From the NCBI GenBank assembly GCA_052390515.1, contig JBQTGV010000188.1:1-12654 (forward strand): a DNA stretch of 12,654 nt. Direction: 5' to 3'. Numbering within the stretch: the stretch's first letter is position 1; every line of letters begins with the position of its first letter. Position numbers and translations under genes: made by a program. Origin of the DNA: Candidatus Eiseniibacteriota bacterium. GTDB taxonomy: Bacteria > ARS69. Below the pieces are notes generated by a model. That model had not been told where the DNA came from, made no database searches, and saw only the letters and a program-made list of their open reading frames with translations. This document shows, in pieces, positions 1 to 8,895 of the stretch.

Positions 1-1
1 T

Positions 2-532
2 GCGCTCGTCGCGTCCGGCATCCTCCGCGATCGCCGCGAGGGTCGACAAGTCTACTACCAGCCCGACCCCCGGTGCCCCATCCTCCCCGACCTTCGCGGC
101 CTGCTCCTCAAGACCGTCGGATTGACGGACGTTCTTCGCCACGCGCTGGACCCGCTCCGGAAGGACGTCGAGGTGGCGTTCGTCCACGGCTCCCTCGCGC
201 GTGGTGAGGAGATCGCGACGAGTGACGTCGACCTCCTGGTCGTCGGCCGCGTGTCACTCGCGAAACTCTCCGTTGCTCTGGCGGAGGCGGAGAAGCGCCT
301 CACCCGCGAGGTGAACCCCACCGTCTATGCGGCGGCAGAGTTTGCAAGCAAGCTTGCAGCAGGAAACCACTTTCTCCGAGAAGTCCTGTCAGGCCCTAAA
401 CTCCTCGTGGTAGGCAGCAGCGATGAGCTGGAAACCCTTGCTCGACGAGCGGCGCCTGCAGCAACACAGGACAAGCCGCGCCGAGCTCGACGCACTGCGC
501 GAACTGGTGGCTCGAGACCTCCGCGACGCTGA
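2..532 (+). CDS. HTH + minimal nucleotidyltransferase (MNT) antitoxin, 5'-partial
   Basis: The frame is open from position 2 (ALVASGILRDRREGRQVYYQPDPRCPILPDLRGLLLKT..., a winged-HTH wing) into the Pol-beta NTase motif HGSLARGEEIATSDVDLLVVG. The true start lies upstream of the window, and the gene directly precedes and overlaps a HEPN gene. Confidence 0.85.
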   Translation, partial: ALVASGILRDRREGRQVYYQPDPRCPILPDLRGLLLKTVGLTDVLRHALDPLRKDVEVAFVHGSLARGEEIATSDVDLLVVGRVSLAKLSVALAEAEKRLTREVNPTVYAAAEFASKLAAGNHFLREVLSGPKLLVVGSSDELETLARRAAPAATQDKPRRARRTARTGGSRPPRR

Positions 533-893
533 ACTCGCCGGTCTCTCCCACGATCGCCAGTTCGCCATCGCGTACAACGCAGTGTTCCTCCTCGGGAAGA
601 TGGTGCTGGCTTGCGCTGGCTATCGCGCACTGGCCGGCGCGCACCACCAGACCAGGTTCGATGCCGTGCCCCTCGCCATGGGATCCGGCGAGAAGGATCG
701 TGCGCGTTATTTTCAGACGTGCAGGCGAAAACGGAACATCGTCGACTACGACCTTGCGAGCGGGGCGACGGAGACCGAGGCGGCTGAACTGCTCATGGCC
801 GCGTACGCCTTCCGGGAGGACGTGGAGAGCTGGATCACGACCGTCCACCCGCAGTACGCCCGTTCGGGCGGCGGGCGGTCAGGGACGCGATGA
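423..893 (+). CDS. HEPN-domain protein, partner of the MNT (HEPN/MNT module)
   Basis: All-helical 156-aa protein with AYNA, GYR..GAHH and R-K-R-N-I-V-D-Y motifs typical of MNT-associated HEPN proteins; overlaps the MNT gene. Confidence 0.75.
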   Translation: MSWKPLLDERRLQQHRTSRAELDALRELVARDLRDAELAGLSHDRQFAIAYNAVFLLGKMVLACAGYRALAGAHHQTRFDAVPLAMGSGEKDRARYFQTCRRKRNIVDYDLASGATETEAAELLMAAYAFREDVESWITTVHPQYARSGGGRSGTR

Positions 894-931
894 TGGGGCC
901 CGACGGATCCGCCGCCAGCGCACCTACTCCG

Positions 932-1792
932 TCAGAGATACGCCCCGACGATCAGCTCGAGCCTTCGCCGGGTCTCCTCCGGAATGACCTCCCGGGCGGT
1001 GAGGATCGCCGAGCGGAGGCTCCCGCGGTGGGGATTCACGAGGCCGGCCGGAAAGTCCCGGCAGAGGTTCCGCACCGTCGCCTTCGCGTTGGCGACGTTC
1101 TGGCTGAGCACGCGCATGACCTGCTCCACGGAGACGTCCTCGTGGCCGGCGTGCCAGCAGTCGTAGTCGGTGGCGAGGGCGAGGGTGGCGAAGGCGATCT
1201 CCGCCTCCCGCGCGAGCTTCGCCTCGGTCACGTTGGTCATGCCGATGACGTCCGCGCCCCAGCTCCGGTAGAGGTGGCTCTCGGCGCGGGTGGAGAACGC
1301 CGGCCCTTCCATGCAGAGGTACGTGCCGCCGAGGTGCACCTTCGTGCCGGCCTGGTCGGCGGCAGCGGCCAGCGGCCTGGCCAGCTCCTTCGTGATCGGA
1401 TCGGCGAAGACCACGTGCGCGACGATGCCGCCCTCGAAGAAGGTGGCCTTGCGGCCGCGCGTCCTGTCGATGATCTGGTCGATCACGACGAAGTGGCCGG
1501 GCTCGATGTCTTCGCGGAGACTGCCGCAGGCGGAGACGGCGACGAGGAACTCGACGCCGAGCTTCTTCATTCCCCAGATGTTCGCGCGGTAGTTGATCTC
1601 GGAGGGGCTGATGCGGTGGCCGCGGCCGTGGCGGGAGAGGAAGACGACGCTGCGTCCCTCGAGCGTGCCGGAGATGAACGCGTCGGAGGGATCCCCGAAG
1701 GGAGTCTCCAGCCGGATCTCGGTCCGGCCGGAGAACCCTTCCATCTCGTAGAGGCCGCTGCCTCCGAAGATGCCGAGGGGGGCGTCGGCCAT
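932..1792 (-). CDS. mtnP: S-methyl-5'-thioadenosine phosphorylase (PNP/MTAP family)
   Basis: Motifs GIFGGSGLY, TPFGDPSD, FLSRHGRGH, INYRANIW, SACGSLRE, MEGPAFSTRAES, IGMT and ATDYDCW; 286 aa. Confidence 0.95.
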   Translation of the reverse strand: MADAPLGIFGGSGLYEMEGFSGRTEIRLETPFGDPSDAFISGTLEGRSVVFLSRHGRGHRISPSEINYRANIWGMKKLGVEFLVAVSACGSLREDIEPGHFVVIDQIIDRTRGRKATFFEGGIVAHVVFADPITKELARPLAAAADQAGTKVHLGGTYLCMEGPAFSTRAESHLYRSWGADVIGMTNVTEAKLAREAEIAFATLALATDYDCWHAGHEDVSVEQVMRVLSQNVANAKATVRNLCRDFPAGLVNPHRGSLRSAILTAREVIPEETRRRLELIVGAYL

Positions 1793-1799
1793 GCGGCGG

Positions 1800-2348
1800 T
1801 CAGCCCTGGTTCGGCGCGGGCGCCGGAGTGGCGCCGCCGTCCAGCGTGAAGGACGTCGTGCCGAGGACGTCGCCGCCTTCGGTGACGATGTCGACGCGGC
1901 ACGGGCCGGTCATGCCCGGGCGAATCGTCTTGGCGCTCCAGCAGCGCCAGCCGGACGCGCCGATGTTGAGTGGGATCTCGGTGACGAGGCGGTCGCCGAC
2001 GTACCAGCGGTGGTAGATCTGCGTGGGTGCGGGCGCGCCGTCGACACGGGTGAAGCAGTAGAGCATGCCGACGCTCGGGGCGAAGTTGGACGCTTCGCCG
2101 ACGGGCGCGCGGTCCTCGACGCCGGTGCAGACCGCCACCTGCGTGAGCGAGAAGTCCGCGTGGGACTGGGTGGGCTTCGCCGCGGCGACGGGGGCGGCGG
2201 GCACGGGCTGCGAGGCCGGTGCTGGCTGGGCGGCGGGCTGCTGAGCGGGCGCCGGGGCGGCCGGCTGGGCCGGGGCGGTCTCCTCGGCGAGGGCCACGCC
2301 GGCGACGAGCATCAGCAGGGGCACGATGCGACAAGTCTTGCGGGACAT
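1800..2348 (-). CDS. Secreted DUF2914-domain protein
   Basis: Signal peptide (IVPLLMLVAGVALA), Pro/Ala/Gln linker, then LYCFTRV..IYHRWY..WRCWSAKTI..RVDIVTEGGDVLG. ATG at 2348 has GAGG 8 nt upstream and is preferred over TTG at 2354. Its stop is 7 nt from the mtnP start, so the two are likely an operon. Confidence 0.8.
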   Translation of the reverse strand: MSRKTCRIVPLLMLVAGVALAEETAPAQPAAPAPAQQPAAQPAPASQPVPAAPVAAAKPTQSHADFSLTQVAVCTGVEDRAPVGEASNFAPSVGMLYCFTRVDGAPAPTQIYHRWYVGDRLVTEIPLNIGASGWRCWSAKTIRPGMTGPCRVDIVTEGGDVLGTTSFTLDGGATPAPAPNQG

Positions 2349-2567
2349 TGCCAATACCTCACTGCGGGGCGGATCGATCTACGGCCATTCATCGGCGTTT
2401 CGGGCCGGTGGCCGTAATCGAAAGGAATACGGGATGACGGGGGGCGATGTCTACTGGGACACCTTACGCGGGCGGCGGCGGCTGACTTAGGCGGGTCTGC
2501 TGATGAGCGGCGGCCGGGGCGCGGCTCACACCGGCAACGGCGGTGTCGATCGATGGTTGCCTGCGAG

Positions 2568-2596
2568 GCGACTCGGGGCAGTCGTGGCGTTATACT
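2568..2596 (+). promoter_or_regulatory. Possible cassette-array promoter (Pc-like)
   Basis: TATACT -10-like hexamer at 2591-2596 in GC-rich DNA, ~50 nt before the first core site. The -35 is weak (GCGACT at 17-nt spacing). Confidence 0.3.
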
Positions 2597-2630
2597 GCCC
2601 GCGGCTGTTCGCCGGGTCATTGGGGGCGAG

Positions 2631-2653
2631 GTCTGTTGAAGTCTTAGTTATGC
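2631..2653 (+). other. First integron core site GTTATGC (attI-like or secondary insertion site)
   Basis: GTTATGCGG (2647-2655) is the exact reverse complement of CCGCATAAC (3144-3152) at the end of cassette 1. No attC-type hairpin lies upstream, so this is not an attC. Confidence 0.55.
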
Positions 2654-2701
2654 GGCACACACCGTGCCCGCTGGGGCACGAGTACCGGGGTGGGGTGAGA
2701 T

Positions 2702-3151
2702 ATGACGTACGTGCTCGACACCAACATCTTCAATTGGCTTGTCGACAAGCTCGTCGATCACTCGGAGCTTCCCACCGATGGCGACCTCGTCGTAACTCAC
2801 TTGCAGGTAGATGAGGTCAGCCGGATCTCGGACGAGGACAGGCGCGCCCGCGTGTTCTTGACACTTGCGTGCGTCATCACCGGAGTCTTGCCGACTGAGA
2901 GCGCGATCTGCGATGTCTCGCGGCTCGATCATTGCAAGCTCGGAGACGGTGCGATCTACACCTCGGTGAAGTCTGCGCTTGACGCTCGGAACGGCAGGCA
3001 GGCGGCCAACACCGCCGACGCCTTAATCGCTGAAGTGGCCCTGGCGAACGACTTCACGCTGCTGACGGCTGATCGTGATCTCGCCGAGGTTGCCGACGCA
3101 CACGGTGGGCGAGTGGCTCTCTACAAGCGGAGAGCGAATGCGACCGCATAA
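2702..3151 (+). CDS. PIN-domain (VapC-like) ribonuclease, cassette 1
   Basis: YVLDTN, LQVDE, ADALIAEVA and LLTADRDL supply the four acidic PIN residues. The TAA stop lies within the attC inverse core GCATAAC. Confidence 0.88.
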   Translation: MTYVLDTNIFNWLVDKLVDHSELPTDGDLVVTHLQVDEVSRISDEDRRARVFLTLACVITGVLPTESAICDVSRLDHCKLGDGAIYTSVKSALDARNGRQAANTADALIAEVALANDFTLLTADRDLAEVADAHGGRVALYKRRANATA

Positions 3152-3245
3152 CACGGGCTTGCAGCCGACGCTCACCGTCGGTTGCCGCGAGTTCGGGCGC
3201 GGGGGTACGCTTCCGGTGAGCGCGGCTGAAGCCCAACCGTTAGGC
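3146..3245 (+). other. attC recombination site 1 (100 bp)
   Basis: R'' GCATAAC ... R' GTTAGGC. The arms gggctt(g)cagccg(a)cgctcaccg and cggtgagcgcggctgaagccc pair perfectly except for two extrahelical bases, the canonical attC geometry. Confidence 0.92.
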
Positions 3246-3265
3246 AGAGGACAAAGTCTAGAGCC

Positions 3266-3694
3266 ATGGACATAGCGATTATCCCGAGGGCGATTCTTGA
3301 CCAGCTCGAGACCGACCCGGAGAGACGCATCCACCTGAATGTCCTCCTGAGCCATCTTCTTCTCTTCAGTGTGGCGGCGCTTGCCGTTCGCCTGCCAAGC
3401 GCCTTGGTCATCGTGCCGCATGTCTGCCTATTTCAGACCCTGTGCGGCATTCCGTGTCCGGGCTGTGGGATCACTAGCAGCGCTGTGGCGTTTCTCGGGG
3501 GCGATGTTGGGCGTGCCTGGACCCTGAACCCAGTTGGGCCCGTTCTTCTTGTTGTCGTGGCGATTCAGGTGCCACTTCGGGCCGTGGCGCTTCGGCGCGT
3601 GCGTTGGAGCGGGTGTGTGTTGACCACCTCACGGGGAATGACAATCAGTGTGTTGGTCGCTCTGATCGCGAACTGGCTGCGTCAGATCACTTGA
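3266..3694 (+). CDS. DUF2752-family membrane protein, cassette 2
   Basis: Signature CLFQTLCGIPCPGCGITSS...AWTLNP with three hydrophobic segments. Confidence 0.85.
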   Translation: MDIAIIPRAILDQLETDPERRIHLNVLLSHLLLFSVAALAVRLPSALVIVPHVCLFQTLCGIPCPGCGITSSAVAFLGGDVGRAWTLNPVGPVLLVVVAIQVPLRAVALRRVRWSGCVLTTSRGMTISVLVALIANWLRQIT

Positions 3695-3712
3695 TCAAGG
3701 AGGCGTAATCGA

Positions 3713-3883
3713 ATGGCGAGTCAACTGTCGTGTCCGAAGTGCGGGGAGATGGCGACCCGGGGTGGTTTCAAGGGCTGGCAGATTATCGTCGCAATCTGCT
3801 TCTTCCCAATCGGTCTGTTGGCGTTGCTGGCGGACCGTAACCCGACCCAATGTCCGAAGTGTCGCCATACATGGCAGACCTGA
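3713..3883 (+). CDS. 56-aa LITAF/BRI3-like zinc-ribbon membrane microprotein, cassette 2 (absent from the ORF track)
   Basis: Translated by hand: MASQLSCPKCGEMATRGGFKGWQIIVAICFFPIGLLALLADRNPTQCPKCRHTWQT. Perfect SD AAGGAGG at 3697-3703; CxxC-hydrophobic helix-CxxC layout; stop 4 nt before attC2. Confidence 0.85.
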   Translation: MASQLSCPKCGEMATRGGFKGWQIIVAICFFPIGLLALLADRNPTQCPKCRHTWQT

Positions 3884-3887
3884 CCCT

Positions 3888-3948
3888 GCCTAACACGGAA
3901 TGCGGCAGGCGGCGCCGTGCGCCGCTGCTGATTCTGAACTCGTTAGCT
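3888..3948 (+). other. attC recombination site 2 (61 bp)
   Basis: R'' GCCTAAC ... R' GTTAGCT, with arms gaat(g)cggca(g)gcggcgc and gcgccgctgctgattc. CTGCCTAAC (3886-3894) is the exact reverse complement of GTTAGGCAG (3239-3247). Confidence 0.88.
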
Positions 3949-3994
3949 GGATCGTGAGCTTGGTGAACCCTTACGGAGGCGGTCGGGTGGAGGC

Positions 3995-6016
<2,022 letters not shown>

Positions 6017-6025
6017 CGGATCGGC

Positions 6026-6682
6026 TTAGGCCGTCGCGATCTGCTCCCAGATCCGCTCGTTGGTGAGCAGGAACAGCTCTTCGCTACGCGGAGCCCGGCG
6101 CCGGGGCTGGAACAGGATCTCTGCCGTGCCGTGCGCGACGGCGATCAAGCCGACATTGTGCTCGCGCAAGACGTCGTCGCGCACGCGGTCGCGGCGCGGC
6201 GCCGAGATGGCGAGGTAAACCTTGTGGGCGAAGTGCTGGTAGCGCCGGGCCTGGCACAGGCCCTCGAACCAGTTCTTCATCTTGGCCTCGACGGCCCAGA
6301 TCTCGCGGGCTACAGGCCGGTGCTCGCCGCGGAGCTGGAACGTGCCGTCCTCGATCTCGTCGATGTAGTTTTCGGTGAGGAGGAAGCGCAGGATCTCGTA
6401 GCGCAGCCGTTTCGGTGAGATGCCGGTCCGATCGAGCAGCTCGTCGAAGCTCGCGGCCTCGACGTCGCGGAGGGAGCGGATGACCTTGACCTCGGCGCGT
6501 CGGAGGAGGCTCGCGGTCTGACTGAGGCGGCGCCGACGGCGGATGCTCTCGCGGCTGGGGCGCGCGGCGACGACATCGGCAACGCCGTAGCCCACGCCGA
6601 GCTCCTCGATCACGACGGCACCGTCCCACAAGCCGGCCAGGCAGGCCTTGATCGGGGCGATCATCTCCCTTTCGTAGCGCAT
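6026..6682 (-). CDS. PD-(D/E)XK nuclease-fold protein (MmcB/sce7726-like) with an internal winged HTH
   Basis: E..E-LGVGYGVADVV (motif II), IWAVEAK (motif III), QARRY (QxxxY) and VGLIAV. An HTH-like insert SFDELLDRTGISPKRLRYEILRFLLTENYIDE lies between motifs II and III. Confidence 0.78.
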   Translation of the reverse strand: MRYEREMIAPIKACLAGLWDGAVVIEELGVGYGVADVVAARPSRESIRRRRRLSQTASLLRRAEVKVIRSLRDVEAASFDELLDRTGISPKRLRYEILRFLLTENYIDEIEDGTFQLRGEHRPVAREIWAVEAKMKNWFEGLCQARRYQHFAHKVYLAISAPRRDRVRDDVLREHNVGLIAVAHGTAEILFQPRRRAPRSEELFLLTNERIWEQIATA

Positions 6683-6747
6683 GCTCTCAGTCCTATGCTG
6701 GCTGGCCGCCGGGGGTCACGTTCGACGATAGTGTACTCATGACGAGC

Positions 6748-6792
6748 CCAGCTAGCACGTATGAGCCCCCGGTGGTCAATAGGTAGTTGTTC
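6748..6792 (+). other. Degenerate/truncated attC-like site closing putative cassette 3
   Basis: CCAGCTAGC (6748-6756) matches the expected CCAGCTAAC (reverse complement of GTTAGCTGG, 3942-3950) at 8/9 positions. It is followed by ACG as in attC1 and attC2, a weak hairpin, and GTT at 6786. Confidence 0.4.
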
Positions 6793-6929
6793 CCCTCCGT
6801 CCGCCTGGTCGGCGTCGCCCGCGGGGAATCGAGCGGATCGTCCCGACTTCGTTTCCCAGGAGTGCAGGAGCAAGTGGGCGAGGATGGGCGACCGGGGCGG
6901 GGCGACGAGCAGGGCGGCCGACGCTGCCG

Positions 6930-7514
6930 CTAGTGCGGCCCGTCCGTCCCCCTCGAAGTCCGCCGCGCTGCCAGGTACTCCCGGATGACGTCCATGGCCG
7001 GGTCGCGGTTCGTCCGAAAGTCCTCTGACGACATCTCCGCCGGTAGCTCGGGCGCAATGAACGGGCGAACGTCCTCGGAGACGGAGTCCTGCCAGTAGCG
7101 GCTGGAAGCGGAGACGGTGAGCCCGCTCCACGGCAGCACGATGGGATTGTCTTCGCCCACGAAGTTGGGGCTCGATCCCGTGGGTTCGCCCACGAAGATC
7201 GGGTGCACGTCGCGGTCGAGGCGGTTCACGAAGTTCTGGCACGCCGAGAACGTGTTGCGGCCGATCACGACGAAGAGATGGCCCAGCTCCTCGCCGGCAT
7301 ACTCCTGCCGCATGGCGTCCAGGAGAGGCGCGAGCAGGAAGTTGTTGCCGCCGTTGTTGCGGCGGACGTCGATGACGAGGGCGTCGGGGCGGTCCGCGGC
7401 CAGCGTGTCGAGGAGCGTCCGCGTGAACTCCGCGATCGACGGCCCGTGCTCGCGGTCACGCACGGAGTTGAACTGGAAGTAGACGAGATCGTCCTCCGGT
7501 CCGGGGACGGGCAC
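6930..7514 (-). pseudogene. C-terminal fragment of an S41-family (tail-specific protease-like) peptidase
   Basis: LVYFQFN, LVIDVRRNNGGN, VVIGRNTFSA, FVGEPTG and IAPEL..DPAM motifs. Plausible homology stops near 7505; the upstream part of the 419-aa ORF is antisense to the GNAT gene. No signal peptide or N-terminal domain and no clear RBS. Confidence 0.65.
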
Positions 7515-7545
7515 GGGTGTGAACGAAGCACGGGTGTAGGACGAA
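7511..7545 (+). repeat. Imperfect tandem duplication gcacgggtgtgaacgaa / gcacgggtgtaggacgaa
   Basis: Read directly from the sequence; it coincides with the apparent breakpoint of the S41 fragment. Confidence 0.6.
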
Positions 7546-7637
7546 TCCCGCCTCGGGGCTGTTTCAGGAGGGCCGGGTAGCCGCGGACCATGAAGAGCCC
7601 GAACTCGATGCGGGGATTTCATGGTAAGTCGAGGCAC

Positions 7638-8282
7638 ATGGAGGCCGACGTGACTCACGAGTCCACCGCCACCCGGCTCTCCGCCGCCGAAGCGCCGGAC
7701 GCCGTCGCCGTCCTCTGCGACGCCTTTCACGCGTATCCGGTGATGCGCTTCGTGCTCGGCGCGGGCGCCGACTACGACGATCGCCTCCGGGCGCTGGTCG
7801 GCTTCTTCGTGGCGGCGCGGTTGCTCCGGGACGAGCCCATGCTCGGTATCCGGGACCCGGCGGGCCGGCTCGTCGCCGCGGCGCTCGTGACCCTGCCGGG
7901 AGACCGCCCATCGCCCGAGGAGCTGACCCTCCGCCGCGAGGCTCTCTGGGCGAAGCTCGGCGCGGCGGAACGCAAGCGGTACGAGACTTTCGGCGAAGCG
8001 GCCGGAGGCTTCCCGGTCGCCGAGCCGCATCACCACCTCAACATGATCGGCGTGCTCGGCACGCACCGCGGCCGCGGGCTCGGGCGCAGGCTGATCGAAG
8101 CCGTGCACGAGCTGGCGCGCGGTCACGGCGGGAGCGCCGGCGTCAGCCTCACCACCGAGAGCGAGCCCAACGTCGCGCTGTACCTGCACCTCGGCTATCG
8201 GCTGCTGGGCCGCGCGCGCGTGGGGGACGTCCTGGACACGTGTGCGATGTTCCGGCCTGTGGACCGTCCGCCTACGGAGTGA
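7638..8282 (+). CDS. GNAT-family N-acetyltransferase
   Basis: AFHAYPVMRF, acetyl-CoA motif A LNMIGVLGTHRGRGLGRRLI, and NVALYLHLGY. The start is uncertain: 7590, 7638, or GTG 7650 with GGAGG. Confidence 0.88.
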   Translation: MEADVTHESTATRLSAAEAPDAVAVLCDAFHAYPVMRFVLGAGADYDDRLRALVGFFVAARLLRDEPMLGIRDPAGRLVAAALVTLPGDRPSPEELTLRREALWAKLGAAERKRYETFGEAAGGFPVAEPHHHLNMIGVLGTHRGRGLGRRLIEAVHELARGHGGSAGVSLTTESEPNVALYLHLGYRLLGRARVGDVLDTCAMFRPVDRPPTE

Positions 8283-8309
8283 AGCGGGTCATCTTGATTC
8301 CGGGAGGTC

Positions 8310-8735
8310 TCACGGCGTGAAGCTCTGCACCCCGATCAGCTCGATGTCCGTGTCGGTCGGACCGATCCAGCGCGTGAGGTAGACCTCGTACTGCGTCCCC
8401 GCAACGAGCACGACCGGAGCATTGAACTGCTGCGCGCCCTCCGGCACCCTGGCGTACTTGACGGGCGAAGCGAGCGCGTTCGCCGCCTCGGTGTACACGC
8501 CCCACTGATCGGTGCCGCTGCCGGCGGGCTCGACCAGCAGCCAGTGCGCGAGGCAGGCTGGCGTCCACGAGAACTCCGGCTCGACCCCGGGACCTACCGC
8601 GATCACGACCGCACCTTCACAGGGAGCGGGCCCCTGGGGAGCCGCGGGCGAATCCTCGGAGCAGCCCGCCCCCGTCAGCGCCGAGGCCAGCGCGAAGATC
8701 CCGGCTGCCGCTCGAACGATTCGTGACGTGCGCAT
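8310..8735 (-). CDS. Hypothetical lipoprotein
   Basis: Basic N-terminus, hydrophobic core and lipobox-like TGAGC, followed by a beta-rich domain. Confidence 0.7.
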   Translation of the reverse strand: MRTSRIVRAAAGIFALASALTGAGCSEDSPAAPQGPAPCEGAVVIAVGPGVEPEFSWTPACLAHWLLVEPAGSGTDQWGVYTEAANALASPVKYARVPEGAQQFNAPVVLVAGTQYEVYLTRWIGPTDTDIELIGVQSFTP

Positions 8736-8895
8736 GGGCGGAGTCTATGCCCGCCCTCGCCGCCGGCGCAAGCCGGCCGCGGCAGCAAGCCGGTCACGCT
8801 CGGTCGCCGCGGAGTGGACGGTGCGCCCTTGCTGTGGCGCTGCGTTCGCCCTTACCATGCCCACCCCCGAGTAGCGAACGGCAAGGACGCTGCGC

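Larger units (their letters stand above)
2647..3948 (+). mobile_element. Integron gene cassette array without a neighbouring integrase (CALIN-like); probably extends to ~6790
   Basis: Two attC sites, matched cassette ends, short leaders, co-oriented ORFs, and visibly more A/T than the flanks. No intI is present in the window. Confidence 0.88.

Noticed and set aside
890-1849. 319-aa plus-strand ORF
   Set aside because: Antisense shadow of mtnP.
2180-2280. Repetitive GC-rich tract as a DNA repeat or CRISPR
   Set aside because: Explained by the Pro/Ala/Gln linker codons of the DUF2914 protein; no repeat-spacer periodicity was noticed in the window.
2360-2646. Integrase (intI) remnant
   Set aside because: No tyrosine-recombinase motifs (e.g. 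HxLRH, LGH, YTHV) were recognisable by eye in this short spacer.
2533-2653. A third upstream attC from GGCAAC (2533) to GTTATGC (2647)
   Set aside because: The sequences inside the two ends are not complementary, so no L''/L' pairing is possible.
3146-3245. Hairpins at 3146-3245 and 3888-3948 as rho-independent terminators
   Set aside because: They have no U-tract; the AAC/GTT ends and extrahelical bases fit attC much better.
7515-8189. N-terminal half of the 419-aa ORF as part of the peptidase
   Set aside because: It is mostly antisense to a well-supported GNAT gene and does not look like a protein domain.
8272-8330. Similar segments ggagtgaagc / ggcgtgaagc near the convergent stops
   Set aside because: Too short and imperfect to distinguish from chance.
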